DNA of 64,000 nucleotides, from assembly GCA_965261395.1 (NCBI GenBank), contig OZ253462.1, positions 1,600,001 to 1,664,000 of the forward strand, written 5' to 3'. Positions 32,212 through 42,435 of the stretch are shown in pieces; the first letter of the stretch is position 1; every line of letters begins with the position of its first letter. A program made the position numbers and the translations under genes. Under the pieces are notes generated by a model. That model searched no databases. It was not told where the DNA came from and saw only the letters and a list, made by a program, of their open reading frames with translations. The DNA is from Candidatus Latescibacterota bacterium. GTDB lineage: Bacteria; Latescibacterota; UBA2968; UBA8231.

Positions 32212-33378
32212 TTAGAGTGCCAAAAGGGCCACGGCTTGGGCCTCCATACCCTCCTCGCGCCCGACAAACCCCAAGCGCTCGGTCGTCGTGGCCTTGAGCG
32301 AAACCTGCCCCACCTCTAGGCCCAAAGTCGCAGCTAGCGTTTGGCGCATCGCTGCTATGTGCGGCGCGAGTTTGGGCCGCTGGGCCGCGACGACGGCGTC
32401 GATGTGCAGGACCCGAGCCCCTCGTTCCGCCATCAGAACGCCGACCCGCTCCAGCAGCACCAAGCTCGATATATCCTTGTACTGCGCGTCCGAGTCGGGG
32501 AAGAGCTGGCCGATATCCCCAACCGCCAAGGCACCCAATAGCGCGTCGATTATGGCATGTGTCAGCACATCCGCGTCCGAGTGGCCTGCCAACCCCCGCG
32601 CAAAGGGTACGACGACTCCACCCAAAATTAGGGGCCGCCCTTCCTCCAAGCGATGCACGTCGTAGCCCTGTCCTATGCGCAAGCCCATAGCAGGCACCTC
32701 TTCCCTTTCGCGTACTAGCCACTCGGCCCAAGCCAGATCCTCGGGCGTAGTGAGCTTGCGGTTATCGACCTCGCCGGGCACGACGCAGACCGCGTGCCCT
32801 AGCCGCTCGACTAGCGCGGCATCGTCGGTGGCCACCGCGTCGGTCCCGGCCGCGTGATATGCCCTCAGAAGCAGTTCGCGGTCAAAGCCCTGCGGGGTCT
32901 GCGCCTGCCACAGCCGCTCGCGGCGCATCGTACCAACGACCCGGCCGGCCGCCACTTCCTTGATCGTATCTACTACTGGTAAAGCGGGCAGCGCCGCTCC
33001 GTGCTCGCGAGTGGCGGCGACCACCCGCTCCAGCAGTTCCTCCGAAATAAACGGCCGCACGGCGTCGTGTACCAAGACCATATTGGCGCGGGTCTCCTGC
33101 AGGCCCCGATACACGGATGCGCTGCGCTCCGCCCCCCCGGGCACGAGAGCGGCAACTTTGGCAAAGCCTCCGCTCGCGCTCAATTGGCCGCGACAATAGT
33201 CCATGTCTTCGCGCCGCACGACCAAGACGATATCGGTCACCAGCGGGCTAGCTTCGAGCCGCGCGAGCACATGCCAGAGTACGGGCCGGCCCCCTAACGG
33301 AAGGTACTGCTTGGGCCGATCTGCTCCCATGCGCTGCCCCCGACCGCCGGCCGGGACGATGGCGGTTATGCATCCCAT
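32212..33378 (-). CDS. ispDF: Bifunctional IspD/IspF
   Basis: AGGRGQRMG, VHDAVRPF, QTPQGF, then GQGYDVH, GHSDADV, KATTTE. Confidence 0.96.
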   Translation of the reverse strand: MGCITAIVPAGGRGQRMGADRPKQYLPLGGRPVLWHVLARLEASPLVTDIVLVVRREDMDYCRGQLSASGGFAKVAALVPGGAERSASVYRGLQETRANMVLVHDAVRPFISEELLERVVAATREHGAALPALPVVDTIKEVAAGRVVGTMRRERLWQAQTPQGFDRELLLRAYHAAGTDAVATDDAALVERLGHAVCVVPGEVDNRKLTTPEDLAWAEWLVREREEVPAMGLRIGQGYDVHRLEEGRPLILGGVVVPFARGLAGHSDADVLTHAIIDALLGALAVGDIGQLFPDSDAQYKDISSLVLLERVGVLMAERGARVLHIDAVVAAQRPKLAPHIAAMRQTLAATLGLEVGQVSLKATTTERLGFVGREEGMEAQAVALLAL

Positions 33379-33382
33379 AGCG

Positions 33383-34411
33383 TCACACGATCATCATAGC
33401 ATCGCCGTAACTATAAAAGCGATAGCCTCGCTCTATAGCCTCGCGATAGGCGGCAAAAAGCCGTTCCCGCCCGACGAAGGCCGCCACGAGCAACAACAGG
33501 CTCGAGCGCGGCAAATGAAAGTTGGTCACCAGCCTATCGACCGCTTTGAATCCGTAGGGCGGATAGATAAACGCATCCGCAAATTTCCCGCCGACACACA
33601 CATTGCCCTCGGCATCGACGCTCGACTCCAAGGTCCGTACCACGGTAGTACCAACGGCGACGATACGCCCACCAGCCGCGCGGCAACGCCTAAGTGCGGC
33701 CGCCACCGGCTCGTCGATTTCGCAGTATTCGGGTTCGAGCACATGCTGGCGCGGATCTGTGCAGCGCACCGGCTCGAACGTGCCCGGCCCCACGTGCAAG
33801 AGCACTTTTAGGACTTCCACGCCTTTGGCAGCGATCGCAGCAATTAACTGAGGGGTAAAGTGCAGGCCAGCCGTGGGCGCGGCAACAGCCCCCGGACGCG
33901 CCGCATAGATGGTCTGATAGCGCTCCCGGTCCGCGGCCTCGGGCGGACGTCGAATATAGGGAGGCAGCGGTATTTCCCCGATCTCTTCCAGCCGCGCCAG
34001 CACGTCCTCGACGGCAAAGCGCACGCGAAACCGTCCCGGCGCAACCTGCTCGACGATGTGCGCTTCCACCGCTCCGTCACCAAACTCCAACCGCGTCTTT
34101 GGTTTTAGTCCCCGCCCAGGCCGCCCCATAGCCAGCCAATCGCTCGCAGTCAGCGGCCTGAGCAGCAGCAATTCAACCCGGCCTCCGGTAGCGGACTTAC
34201 GGCCCCTGAGCCGAGCCGGCACGACCTGTGTTTGATTCAATACTAGGGTGTCACCGGGCGCGAGCTGATCAACGATGGCGCTAAAGTGCAGGTGCTGCAA
34301 TGAGCCATCCGCCCGATTCAAGAGCAAGAGGCGCGCTTGATCACGCTCGGGCGGCGGGCGTTGGGCAATCAGGGCATCGGGCAGGTCGAAATCGTAGTCC
34401 ACCAGTTGCAT
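33383..34411 (-). CDS. queA: SAM:tRNA ribosyltransferase-isomerase
   Basis: YDFDLP, PLPPYI, VAAPTAGLHF, GTTVVRTLE, TNFHLP, YRFYSYGDAM. Confidence 0.97.
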   Translation of the reverse strand: MQLVDYDFDLPDALIAQRPPPERDQARLLLLNRADGSLQHLHFSAIVDQLAPGDTLVLNQTQVVPARLRGRKSATGGRVELLLLRPLTASDWLAMGRPGRGLKPKTRLEFGDGAVEAHIVEQVAPGRFRVRFAVEDVLARLEEIGEIPLPPYIRRPPEAADRERYQTIYAARPGAVAAPTAGLHFTPQLIAAIAAKGVEVLKVLLHVGPGTFEPVRCTDPRQHVLEPEYCEIDEPVAAALRRCRAAGGRIVAVGTTVVRTLESSVDAEGNVCVGGKFADAFIYPPYGFKAVDRLVTNFHLPRSSLLLLVAAFVGRERLFAAYREAIERGYRFYSYGDAMMIV

Positions 34412-34425
34412 CGAGCAGTGCCCAC

Positions 34426-35133
34426 CTATCCCCGAGACCGCGTAGGACGCCACCGCGCATAGCGGAAAATGGTCCAGAGAATTTTGTATCCGGCCCGCAG
34501 CGTGCCGCTGAGCGTGCCGGTGATCTTGGAGGTGCCGATGCGACGGCGGTAGCGCACGGGCACTTCGGCTGAGCGCAGGCCCAGCCGAGCGGCTTTGACC
34601 TGCATCTCCGCGGTCCAGCCAAAGTTGCGGTCCTGCATCTCCAGCCGCACGAGCGCGTCGTAGCGCAAGGCGCGAAAAGGTCCCAAATCCGTAAAAGTGA
34701 CGCCGAACAACAGGCGAATTAAGAAAGTGGCCAACCAGTTGCCAAAACGAGCTTGGGGCAAGAGCGCACCCTTTTCTCGCTGGCCTAAGACCCGCGAGCC
34801 AATGACCATATCGGCGCGGTCGGTGACGAGCGGGTTTACTAAGGCTGTCATATCCTCGGGGTAATCGCTGTAGTCGCCGTCGAGGAAGACGACGATATCC
34901 GGGCCATCGAGCTGGGCCATGCCCGCCAGACAGGCTTGGCCGTAGCCGCGGCGCGGCTCGCCGACGACGTGAGCACCCAAGCGACGGGCCACTTCGGCGG
35001 TGCGGTCGCCTGAGCCATTATCGACGACGATGATCTGCTGTGCAATGTCCGGAATGTCTTGCAGCACCTTGCCGATAGCTTCTTCTTCGTCGCAGGCGGG
35101 GATGACGACGGCAATGGCCGGAGGTGAGTCCAT
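34426..35133 (-). CDS. Glycosyltransferase family 2
   Basis: VVIPACDEE, VVDNGSGD, FLDGD, TDLGPFRA; start MDSPP. Confidence 0.9.
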   Translation of the reverse strand: MDSPPAIAVVIPACDEEEAIGKVLQDIPDIAQQIIVVDNGSGDRTAEVARRLGAHVVGEPRRGYGQACLAGMAQLDGPDIVVFLDGDYSDYPEDMTALVNPLVTDRADMVIGSRVLGQREKGALLPQARFGNWLATFLIRLLFGVTFTDLGPFRALRYDALVRLEMQDRNFGWTAEMQVKAARLGLRSAEVPVRYRRRIGTSKITGTLSGTLRAGYKILWTIFRYARWRPTRSRG

Positions 35134-35161
35134 GCGCTGGGCACCGCAGGTAGAGTCTATA

Positions 35162-35992
35162 CTAGAGGTTTTCCTCCAACCAGAGGAAGAACAGATCCTG
35201 CGCCTCGGCCACATTGTCGAGCAAGGCAAAACCGTGGTCCGCCGAGTCTGGAAAAACGCGCACATCTTTTGGCTCGGCCGTCTGCGCCTCTAGGCTGCGG
35301 GCGAACTCCGCATAGCTGAGAATGACATTCCCAGCCTCAATTTGATCCTGATCGCCCGCCATAAAGAGCATGGACCGCGGGCCAAACGGTTCGAGGCCGG
35401 CCCCGATGACCAACGGCTCTAGCGAAGCGGCCCCCCACAGCCCGGGCGAGAGGGAGACGCCGGTTTTTATGAGTTCGGGCATTCTTCCCGAACTCACGTA
35501 GGCCACATTACCCCCCGAGCCAGTGCCCACTACCGCGATGCGGCTGACATTGACCTTAGACTGGCTCTGCAGCCAGACCAGCGCGGCATGGACATCGAGA
35601 AAGCTCAGTTCCAGATCGATCAATTCTAAGACCTGCCGAGCATCGGGCAGCGGGGTTTGACCGTGCCCGCGCATGTCGATGGCCAAGGCGGCGTAGCCGC
35701 GCTCGAGCAAGGCCACGTACGTGCCGGTGTCGTTCAACCAGTTGGATTTGTTCCCACCCAGATCGTGCAGGAGGATCACCACCGGCAGCAATTCGTCGGC
35801 CTGCGCCGTGCCAAAAAGCGCGCTCACCTCGACGCTGTCGATGGACGAGAAGCTAACTGCTGAAATGGGATAGGCACGGCCCGGTCCCTGGGGCAACTCG
35901 GGACCGACGATCCGTAGCTCCTCCTCCGAGTCGCTGCACCCCACGACCCCAACGGCGAGTACCCAAACCCACCTGCACAGTATCTTGCTCAT
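35162..35992 (-). CDS. Alpha/beta-hydrolase fold lipoprotein
   Basis: Lipobox VVGC; ILLHDLGG, DMRGHG, VGTGSGG, HG. Confidence 0.75.
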   Translation of the reverse strand: MSKILCRWVWVLAVGVVGCSDSEEELRIVGPELPQGPGRAYPISAVSFSSIDSVEVSALFGTAQADELLPVVILLHDLGGNKSNWLNDTGTYVALLERGYAALAIDMRGHGQTPLPDARQVLELIDLELSFLDVHAALVWLQSQSKVNVSRIAVVGTGSGGNVAYVSSGRMPELIKTGVSLSPGLWGAASLEPLVIGAGLEPFGPRSMLFMAGDQDQIEAGNVILSYAEFARSLEAQTAEPKDVRVFPDSADHGFALLDNVAEAQDLFFLWLEENL

Positions 35993-36111
35993 AAGATCAT
36001 ATCCTCGCCCAAAAGCACGTTGCGCGCTCCTTCAATTGGCAGCGCTCCTAATTTTCGTAACTCCTTGAGTTTGAATAAACAATCTCACTCTCTAGCTGTC
36101 AACTTGACGCC

Positions 36112-36140
36112 TTGACGGCAAAATTCTTTTGCCGTATGCT
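36112..36140 (+). promoter_or_regulatory. sigma70-like promoter with a perfect palindrome in the spacer
   Basis: TTGACG, 17 nt, TATGCT; acggcaaaa-ttc-ttttgccgt at 36115-36135; ATG at 36149. Confidence 0.6.
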
Positions 36141-36148
36141 GCCGCTTT

Positions 36149-37855
36149 ATGATCCGCGTCGAAAAACTCAGCCTTAGCTATCGCGGGGGTCTAGCCGCCT
36201 TGTGCTCCATTGATCTCCATATCAACCCCGGGGAAGACATCGCCCTCATCGGTGCCAATGGCTCGGGCAAAACCACCCTCGCTCGCTGCTTAAATGGACT
36301 ACAACAGCCCCAAGAGGGCCGGGTCCTCGTCGATGGTATGGATGCCAGCAATCCGGCTCAACTCCGCTCCATTCGCCAGCTAGTCGGCATGGTCTTGCAA
36401 AACCCAGACGATCAGCTAGTCGGCACCACGGTCGCCGACGAATTGGCCTTTGGCTTGGAAAACCTAGCCCTAGCCAGCGATGAGATCTGCCACCGTGTCG
36501 AAGAAACGCTCGCCGTTTTTGACCTCGAAGCCTATCGCCGCTATCCGCCGCACCGGCTCTCCGGGGGTGAGAAGCAGCGCGTGGCCATTGCCGCAGTGGT
36601 GGCGATGCGACCGCGCTATCTGGTCTTGGACGAATCGACGGCCCTGCTCGACCCCGCCGAAAGACAGCAAGTGGCCGAGCTGCTCCATCGGCTGCGCACC
36701 ACTCACGGCATCGCGACGATACTTATAACCCAGTCCCCGGAAGAAGCCGCTCGCGCCGACCGCGTTATCATCCTCCACGCGGGCCGGGTCCATACAGACG
36801 GCCCCCCTGCCGCGCTTTTTGCCGACTCGCCCAAGCTCCGCACCCTCGGCCTCGACCTCCCCTTTGCAAGTACCCTTGCCGCTCACTTGTCCCTGGCCGA
36901 GACCCACTTGGGATTAGACACCTTGTCCGACGCGTTAGCCGTGCTAAAACCCGAGCCGTCCCTACCGCCTTGGACTCCGCCCGCTCCGCTGTCGCCAGCC
37001 CCGAGCAAACTAGCGGCTGAAGAGCTGACGTACCTTTACGACGAACATCTGCCCTCTCAGCGTCGCGGCATCCGCGACATTACCATGGACGTCCCCATCG
37101 GTGCCGTACTGGCCCTCGTAGGTACCAATGGCTCGGGCAAGACCACCCTCGCCCAGCACTTCAACGCCCTGCTCAAACCCTCGCGCGGGCGCGTGCTCCT
37201 CGACAACTGCGACATCGGCTCCCAACCCCCAGCTCGCGTGCGCCAACGCGTCGGCTTGGCCTTCCAGTTTCCCGAACTCCAGCTCTTCGCCGAAACCGTG
37301 GCCGAGGATGTGGCCTTTGGGCCGCGCAGCCTCGGCTTTGCTCCCGAGCGCGTCGATTCCCTCGTGGCGCGCGCACTCGCCTTGGTGGACATGCCGCTGG
37401 AAGAATTCGGGCCGCGCCAGCCCCTCTCGTTGAGCGGGGGCGAAAGGCGTCGCGCCGCACTCGCCGGCGTCCTCGCCATGGACCCAGAGGTCTTAGTACT
37501 CGACGAGCCGACCGCTGGCCTCGACCCTCGGACTACGGCCCGCTTGTGCCAGCTCTTCGCCGAGCTGAGTGGCCAAGGACGCACCCTCGTACTGATTAGC
37601 CACGATATGGAGATAGTCGGCCGCCTAGCCACCCACGTAGCGGTCCTGCGCCAAGGACGCATCGAGCTACAAGGGTCGGCCCGCGCCGTGCTCGCCCATC
37701 CCGAATTCGAGTCTATTAGTAGGCTTATGCCGCCGATGTCCGTGCAGTTGGTCCACCGCCTGCGACAACGAGGTTTAGCTCTAGCTGGCGACCCATTGAC
37801 TCTAGAAGAAACCATCCATTGGCTCGCTCCACTCCTCGCCCTTGCCCATGTCTAA
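36149..37855 (+). CDS. Energy-coupling factor transporter ATPase, fused EcfA-EcfA'
   Basis: Two NBDs: GANGSGKT/QNPDDQ/LSGGE and GTNGSGKT/FQFPELQLF/LSGGE/DEPTAGLD. Confidence 0.9.
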   Translation: MIRVEKLSLSYRGGLAALCSIDLHINPGEDIALIGANGSGKTTLARCLNGLQQPQEGRVLVDGMDASNPAQLRSIRQLVGMVLQNPDDQLVGTTVADELAFGLENLALASDEICHRVEETLAVFDLEAYRRYPPHRLSGGEKQRVAIAAVVAMRPRYLVLDESTALLDPAERQQVAELLHRLRTTHGIATILITQSPEEAARADRVIILHAGRVHTDGPPAALFADSPKLRTLGLDLPFASTLAAHLSLAETHLGLDTLSDALAVLKPEPSLPPWTPPAPLSPAPSKLAAEELTYLYDEHLPSQRRGIRDITMDVPIGAVLALVGTNGSGKTTLAQHFNALLKPSRGRVLLDNCDIGSQPPARVRQRVGLAFQFPELQLFAETVAEDVAFGPRSLGFAPERVDSLVARALALVDMPLEEFGPRQPLSLSGGERRRAALAGVLAMDPEVLVLDEPTAGLDPRTTARLCQLFAELSGQGRTLVLISHDMEIVGRLATHVAVLRQGRIELQGSARAVLAHPEFESISRLMPPMSVQLVHRLRQRGLALAGDPLTLEETIHWLAPLLALAHV

Positions 37856-39146
37856 ATTTTCTGCCGACTTGCTCGTCCGCCAAGGCCGCCTCATCGACCC
37901 GGCCAACGGCACCGATTCCCTAGGAGACATCCTCATCCGCCAAGGGAAAATAGTCCAATCGGGCCCGAGCCTCCCGACCCCTCCAGACGTGCCCGTCCTG
38001 ACGGCCACCGGCTTGGTCGTTGCCCCGGGTTTTATCGACATTCACACCCACCTCCGCGAACCGGGCTACGAACACAAGGAGACGATTCAGAGCGGCACCG
38101 CGGCGGCGGCGGCCGGCGGCATCTGTGCAGTGGCCGCCATGCCCAATACCAACCCTCCCCTCGACAGCAGCGACCACTTGCGGTTAGCGCTGGAGCGAGC
38201 GCAGACGGCCGCGGTGCGCTACTATCCAATCGCCTGTGTGACAGTGGGCCGCCAAGGCCGCGGCTCGCTCGCTCCTCTCGCGGAATTGGCTGAATTAGGC
38301 GCGGTGGCCTTTTCCGACGACGGCGACCCGGTCGAAGACGAGGTTTTGATGCGGCGCGCCCTCGAAATCGCCCGCGACCTCGACCGACCCATCTTCCCCC
38401 ACGAAGAGGTCAAGTCGCTTACGGCCGGCGGCTGTATGCACGCAGGAGAAGTGGCGGCGCGCCTCGGCGTCAAGGGTATGTCAGCAGCAGGTGAGGAGGA
38501 AATGGTCGCCCGCGATATAGAACTCGTCCGCCAGACCGGCGGCCCTTTGCACATCGCCCATATCAGCACAGCTGGCACCGCGCAGTTGGTCCGACACGCC
38601 AAGGCCGATGGCCTACCCGTGACCTGCGAAGTGCTGCCCCACCACTTCGTACTCACCGACCGCGAGGTTGAGCGCCAAGGCACGGCCGCTAAGATGAGCC
38701 CTCCGCTACGCGAGGCCGCCGATGTCGAGGCCATGCTGGCGGGTCTAGCCGATGGCACCATAGAGGTCATCGCGACCGACCATGCGCCACATACAGCCGC
38801 GGAAAAAGCCCAATCCCTAACCCAAGCCCCTATGGGTATTGTCGGCCTAGAGACGGCCGTCGGTCTCACCTTGACCTATTTGGTGGACCGCGTTTTGCCC
38901 CTGTACGAGGCCATCGCTCGCTGGACTTGCCACCCGGCGCGCATCTTACGTCTGCCTGGAGGCGCACTCACCCCGGGGATGCCCGGGGATCTAACCATCC
39001 TCGACCTAACGCGTGAATGGGAGGTAGTCCCCGCGCGCTTCCGCTCCAAATCGCAGAACACGCCCTTTGCCGGTTACCGCCTAGAGGGCAAAGCTGTGGC
39101 CACCATCGTCGGCGGCCAGATCGTCTATAGCGAGTTAGCCCCTTAG
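37848..39146 (+). CDS. pyrC: Dihydroorotase
   Basis: DIHTHLREPG, MPNTNP, FSDDG, HIAHIST, ATDHAPH, SKSQNTPF. Confidence 0.95.
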   Translation: MSKFSADLLVRQGRLIDPANGTDSLGDILIRQGKIVQSGPSLPTPPDVPVLTATGLVVAPGFIDIHTHLREPGYEHKETIQSGTAAAAAGGICAVAAMPNTNPPLDSSDHLRLALERAQTAAVRYYPIACVTVGRQGRGSLAPLAELAELGAVAFSDDGDPVEDEVLMRRALEIARDLDRPIFPHEEVKSLTAGGCMHAGEVAARLGVKGMSAAGEEEMVARDIELVRQTGGPLHIAHISTAGTAQLVRHAKADGLPVTCEVLPHHFVLTDREVERQGTAAKMSPPLREAADVEAMLAGLADGTIEVIATDHAPHTAAEKAQSLTQAPMGIVGLETAVGLTLTYLVDRVLPLYEAIARWTCHPARILRLPGGALTPGMPGDLTILDLTREWEVVPARFRSKSQNTPFAGYRLEGKAVATIVGGQIVYSELAP

Positions 39147-40462
39147 TCGAGGAGCTTGAACGCGTCCGGCCAATGCTCAATCACCGCGCCGTCTGCGCTC
39201 AGCCACACGGCGATCACGTCGAAGCGGCAGACCGTATCGGCCGCGGCGCGGTATTGGATATAGTGCTGGGCGGCCCGCGTCAGACGCTGCCGCTTGGCGC
39301 GATCCACCCTTTGTTCGGGCCGGGACGCGCGCTGGCTGGCCTTTACCTCGACAAAGACCAACTCGCCCCTCTCTTCGGCCACCAAGTCGATCTCGCCCCC
39401 AGCGGCGCGATAGCGGCGCGCCCGGATCCGATAGCCCCGTTCTTCCAGATAAGTCTCGGCTTCCGCTTCACCCCGCCGCCCGGTGTCTCCCAGCTTGTCG
39501 CGCTGCTCCCGATAGGCTCCTCTCAGGGCCGCTAGCTCGTCGGCCGTTAACTCGGCGGCGGCCTCTTTGACCAACTGTCCCAACCTGTCTAGCTCGGCAA
39601 GGTTCGCGCAGTCGTATATGCCCTCCTCAAAACGGAGGAACAGTTCCGAACGTGGCTCGGCGACTAGCGCGGCCACCGGGCCGAAACTGCGGCGGTGCAG
39701 CGGGCAAGGGCCATGGGCATTAAGCGCGGCTAAGTGCGCGGCACTGCCGTAGCCCTTGTGCGCGGCAAACCCGTATTCGGGATAGCGGATGTCGCATTCG
39801 CACATCAGACGGTCGCGATGTACTTTGGCCACGATCGAGGCCGCGGCAATCGACAACGAGCGGGCGTCTCCGTCAATAATGGCTTGTTCGGGATAGGGAC
39901 TGCGCGCCGGCAGGTGACCGTCAATCAGCACCCGGTCGGGTGGAGTGTGCAAATTCTCCAACGCCAAGCGCATGGCCTTGAGCGAAGCCTGCAGGATGTT
40001 CAACCTGTCAATCTCGTCAGCCTCGACCTGCCCTATCCCCACGGCTAGAGCCTGGGCCATGATCTCTTCGTACAGGACTTCGCGCTGGGTCCGCGACAGC
40101 TTCTTGGAATCGTCGATCTTGGCGATGACACAGTCCGGCGACAAGACGACGGCGGCGGCCACCACGGGCCCCGCCAAGCAGCCGCGCCCGGCCTCATCGA
40201 CGCCAGCCACCCGACTCACTCCCTGTGCCCAGAGATGCCGTTCAAAGTGCAGCAGCCGCTCGCGCCGCTGGGTCTCCGCCTGCTCCCGCGTATCGCGCCG
40301 CCGACGCTCGACCACCAAGCGCCGGACGCCGACGCGGCGATCCTTTTCGAGCAAGGCCCAGCCCGGATCGCCGCTTTCCCACTCCGCCACTTGTGCGCGT
40401 ATCTGGGCGATCGTCATTTCGGAGAGCTCGACCGCGGCGTCCCCTTCGCAGGAACGGTTCAT
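39143..40462 (-). CDS. rnhB: Ribonuclease HII fused to a YraN (UPF0102) domain; start uncertain (40417-40489)
   Basis: GVDEAGRG, DSKKL, IDG, SIAAASIVAKV, HKGY, HRRSF; then GRRGE...GEIDLV...FVEVK...RFDVI. Confidence 0.9.
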   Translation of the reverse strand: MNRSCEGDAAVELSEMTIAQIRAQVAEWESGDPGWALLEKDRRVGVRRLVVERRRRDTREQAETQRRERLLHFERHLWAQGVSRVAGVDEAGRGCLAGPVVAAAVVLSPDCVIAKIDDSKKLSRTQREVLYEEIMAQALAVGIGQVEADEIDRLNILQASLKAMRLALENLHTPPDRVLIDGHLPARSPYPEQAIIDGDARSLSIAAASIVAKVHRDRLMCECDIRYPEYGFAAHKGYGSAAHLAALNAHGPCPLHRRSFGPVAALVAEPRSELFLRFEEGIYDCANLAELDRLGQLVKEAAAELTADELAALRGAYREQRDKLGDTGRRGEAEAETYLEERGYRIRARRYRAAGGEIDLVAEERGELVFVEVKASQRASRPEQRVDRAKRQRLTRAAQHYIQYRAAADTVCRFDVIAVWLSADGAVIEHWPDAFKLLD

Positions 40463-40539
40463 ACCGGCAGACGTCTCATCTATTGACATTAGGTATCGAC
40501 CTCGTATATTTGCGAAAAGCCACCAAGAGGAGCCTTAAC

Positions 40540-41121
40540 ATGAAGCGCTACACGGCGTTAGTTGCCTGCTTGTGCCTCGTTCTGCAGCCCGTCATGGCCC
40601 TCGCCGAGACGGAATCGGATATCGTTGGGGCAGACACCCGACTCTACCTAGCCGATGGCAGCTTGGTGGAAGGCAATCTGATCGAAAAGGCCCAAGATCT
40701 GGTCATCCTGCGCGTCAACGACAAGATCTTCACTTTCGACAAAACCGAAATCGACAAGATCATCACCCTCGAATCGCTGGGCGGGGGTGCCCAAACGATC
40801 TCGGTGACCGAGTTCCCCTATATCAGTTTTCTCGGGGGATCCCTTGCCTTTAGCCTGCTCTCTTGGCTGCAATTCGACCGCGCTTCCGACAACGAAGCCG
40901 AAGCGGCCCTCAACCGCGAACACGGCCAGGCAGCTCGCGCCCAAAAGCTCGACGATAAAGCCGATCGCGCCCGCCTCTACGGTTGGTCCACAACCGTGCT
41001 CGCCGCCGGCAGCTTCGGGATCGCCCTAATCCCGCGCAAAACCACCCGCCGCGTCTTTCCCGAACTCAGTTTCCGCGACGGCGAGCCGCGCATCGGCGTA
41101 TCCTACGTCTATTCGTTCTGA
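40540..41121 (+). CDS. Hypothetical exported/membrane protein
   Basis: GAGGAG RBS, signal peptide [22 protein letters not shown], two hydrophobic segments, C-terminal YVYSF. Confidence 0.7.
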   Translation: MKRYTALVACLCLVLQPVMALAETESDIVGADTRLYLADGSLVEGNLIEKAQDLVILRVNDKIFTFDKTEIDKIITLESLGGGAQTISVTEFPYISFLGGSLAFSLLSWLQFDRASDNEAEAALNREHGQAARAQKLDDKADRARLYGWSTTVLAAGSFGIALIPRKTTRRVFPELSFRDGEPRIGVSYVYSF

Positions 41122-41573
41122 GAGCCTTCCGCACCCCTCAGGTGATGCACCAAAGCCTCTAGCCCGAGCACGTAGCTAAAACTGCCAAAACCCGCGATTT
41201 GCCCCAAGCAAACGGGCGCGATGACCGAGTGCTGGCGAAACGCTTCCCGGGCGTGGACATTGGACAGATGTACCTCAACGGTCGGCAACCCCTTGGCCGC
41301 CACGGCGTCGCGCAGGGCAAGGCTATAGTGGGTGAAGGCCCCTGGATTGAACAACAGGCCCTGCTCTTGGGATTGGTGCAGAGCGTCGATTAGTGCGCCC
41401 TCGCAATTGGATTGGTGGCAGCGCACCTGCACCCCGAGCCGCTGCGCGTGGTCGGCGATCAGCGCGTTGATCGCGGCCAAGGTCTCCCGACCATATACCT
41501 CGGGCTCGCGCGTTCCCAGCAAGTTGAGATTGGGTCCGTGTAGGACTAGGATGCTAGTCAAGTTGACCTCCAC
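41109..41573 (-). CDS. aroQ: Type II 3-dehydroquinate dehydratase
   Basis: [32 protein letters not shown]. Confidence 0.97.
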   Translation of the reverse strand: MEVNLTSILVLHGPNLNLLGTREPEVYGRETLAAINALIADHAQRLGVQVRCHQSNCEGALIDALHQSQEQGLLFNPGAFTHYSLALRDAVAAKGLPTVEVHLSNVHAREAFRQHSVIAPVCLGQIAGFGSFSYVLGLEALVHHLRGAEGSQNE

Positions 41574-42435
41574 CGTTTCGCGCTACCACGCAGATCCACG
41601 CCTCTTTTGCCAAGATGGTATCGACCTCTAATGTAGCTTCTGTGACCCAGCGGCAAAAAGCCGCTTCTTCCCGCGCCAGCAAACCCGAAAACGCGATCCG
41701 TCCATCCGCTGCCAACAAGCCGCGCAAAGGGGTCAAAAGGGGTCGCAGCACGTGGCTTTGGATATTGGCCAAAACCAAGTCAAAGGACCTTTCCGCGACT
41801 GTCTCAACCCCCCCCAACCGCACCTCAACCTGCTCAGAGCCGATGCGGTTGTGCGCCAAGTTTTCTCGCGCATTGGCCACGGCCTGCTCGTCGATATCCA
41901 CGGCGAGTACCGGCCCGGCCCCCAGCAGCGCGGCGGCAATGCTGAGAATGCCGCTGCCGGTCCCCAAGTCCAGACAACGCGCCCCGGGGCGCAGATAGCT
42001 CTCCAGCGCCTGCAAGCAGAGCTGGGTCGATTCGTGCGCACCCGTGCCAAAGGCCATTTTGGGATCTATGCTCACGGCGATCTGGCCCTCGGCCATCTCG
42101 ACCGGAATCCACGAAGGATGGACGACGATCCGCTCGGTGGCCCACACCGCCGCAAAGAACCGCCGCCACTCGACCTCCCAATCCTGTTCCTCCACGCATT
42201 CGGTGTCTATTGGTGGCATCAAACCAAGCGCGGCGAGCCTATGCGTCAGCTCGCGCCGCACCCCAGCCAAATCGCACGTCGGCTCGGCCGCAAAGTACGC
42301 GCTCAACCGCGTTTGCTCCCCTGCTTCCTCGGCCTGCAGACCGCAGCTACCCAACTCGTACGCCCACGCGCTCACGTCCTCGGCGCAGGCCGCAGGCACC
42401 GCTAGCCGCAAGCAGTGCCAAGCCCGCTTATTCAC
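41554..42435 (-). CDS. prmA: Ribosomal protein L11 methyltransferase
   Basis: [31 protein letters not shown]; GTG start overlapping the mrp stop. Confidence 0.93.
   Translation of the reverse strand: MNKRAWHCLRLAVPAACAEDVSAWAYELGSCGLQAEEAGEQTRLSAYFAAEPTCDLAGVRRELTHRLAALGLMPPIDTECVEEQDWEVEWRRFFAAVWATERIVVHPSWIPVEMAEGQIAVSIDPKMAFGTGAHESTQLCLQALESYLRPGARCLDLGTGSGILSIAAALLGAGPVLAVDIDEQAVANARENLAHNRIGSEQVEVRLGGVETVAERSFDLVLANIQSHVLRPLLTPLRGLLAADGRIAFSGLLAREEAAFCRWVTEATLEVDTILAKEAWICVVARNGGGQLD

Noticed and set aside
32212-33378. IspD-IspF fusion (likewise CobA-HemD and the short EF-Ts)
   Set aside because: Well-known, widespread variants.
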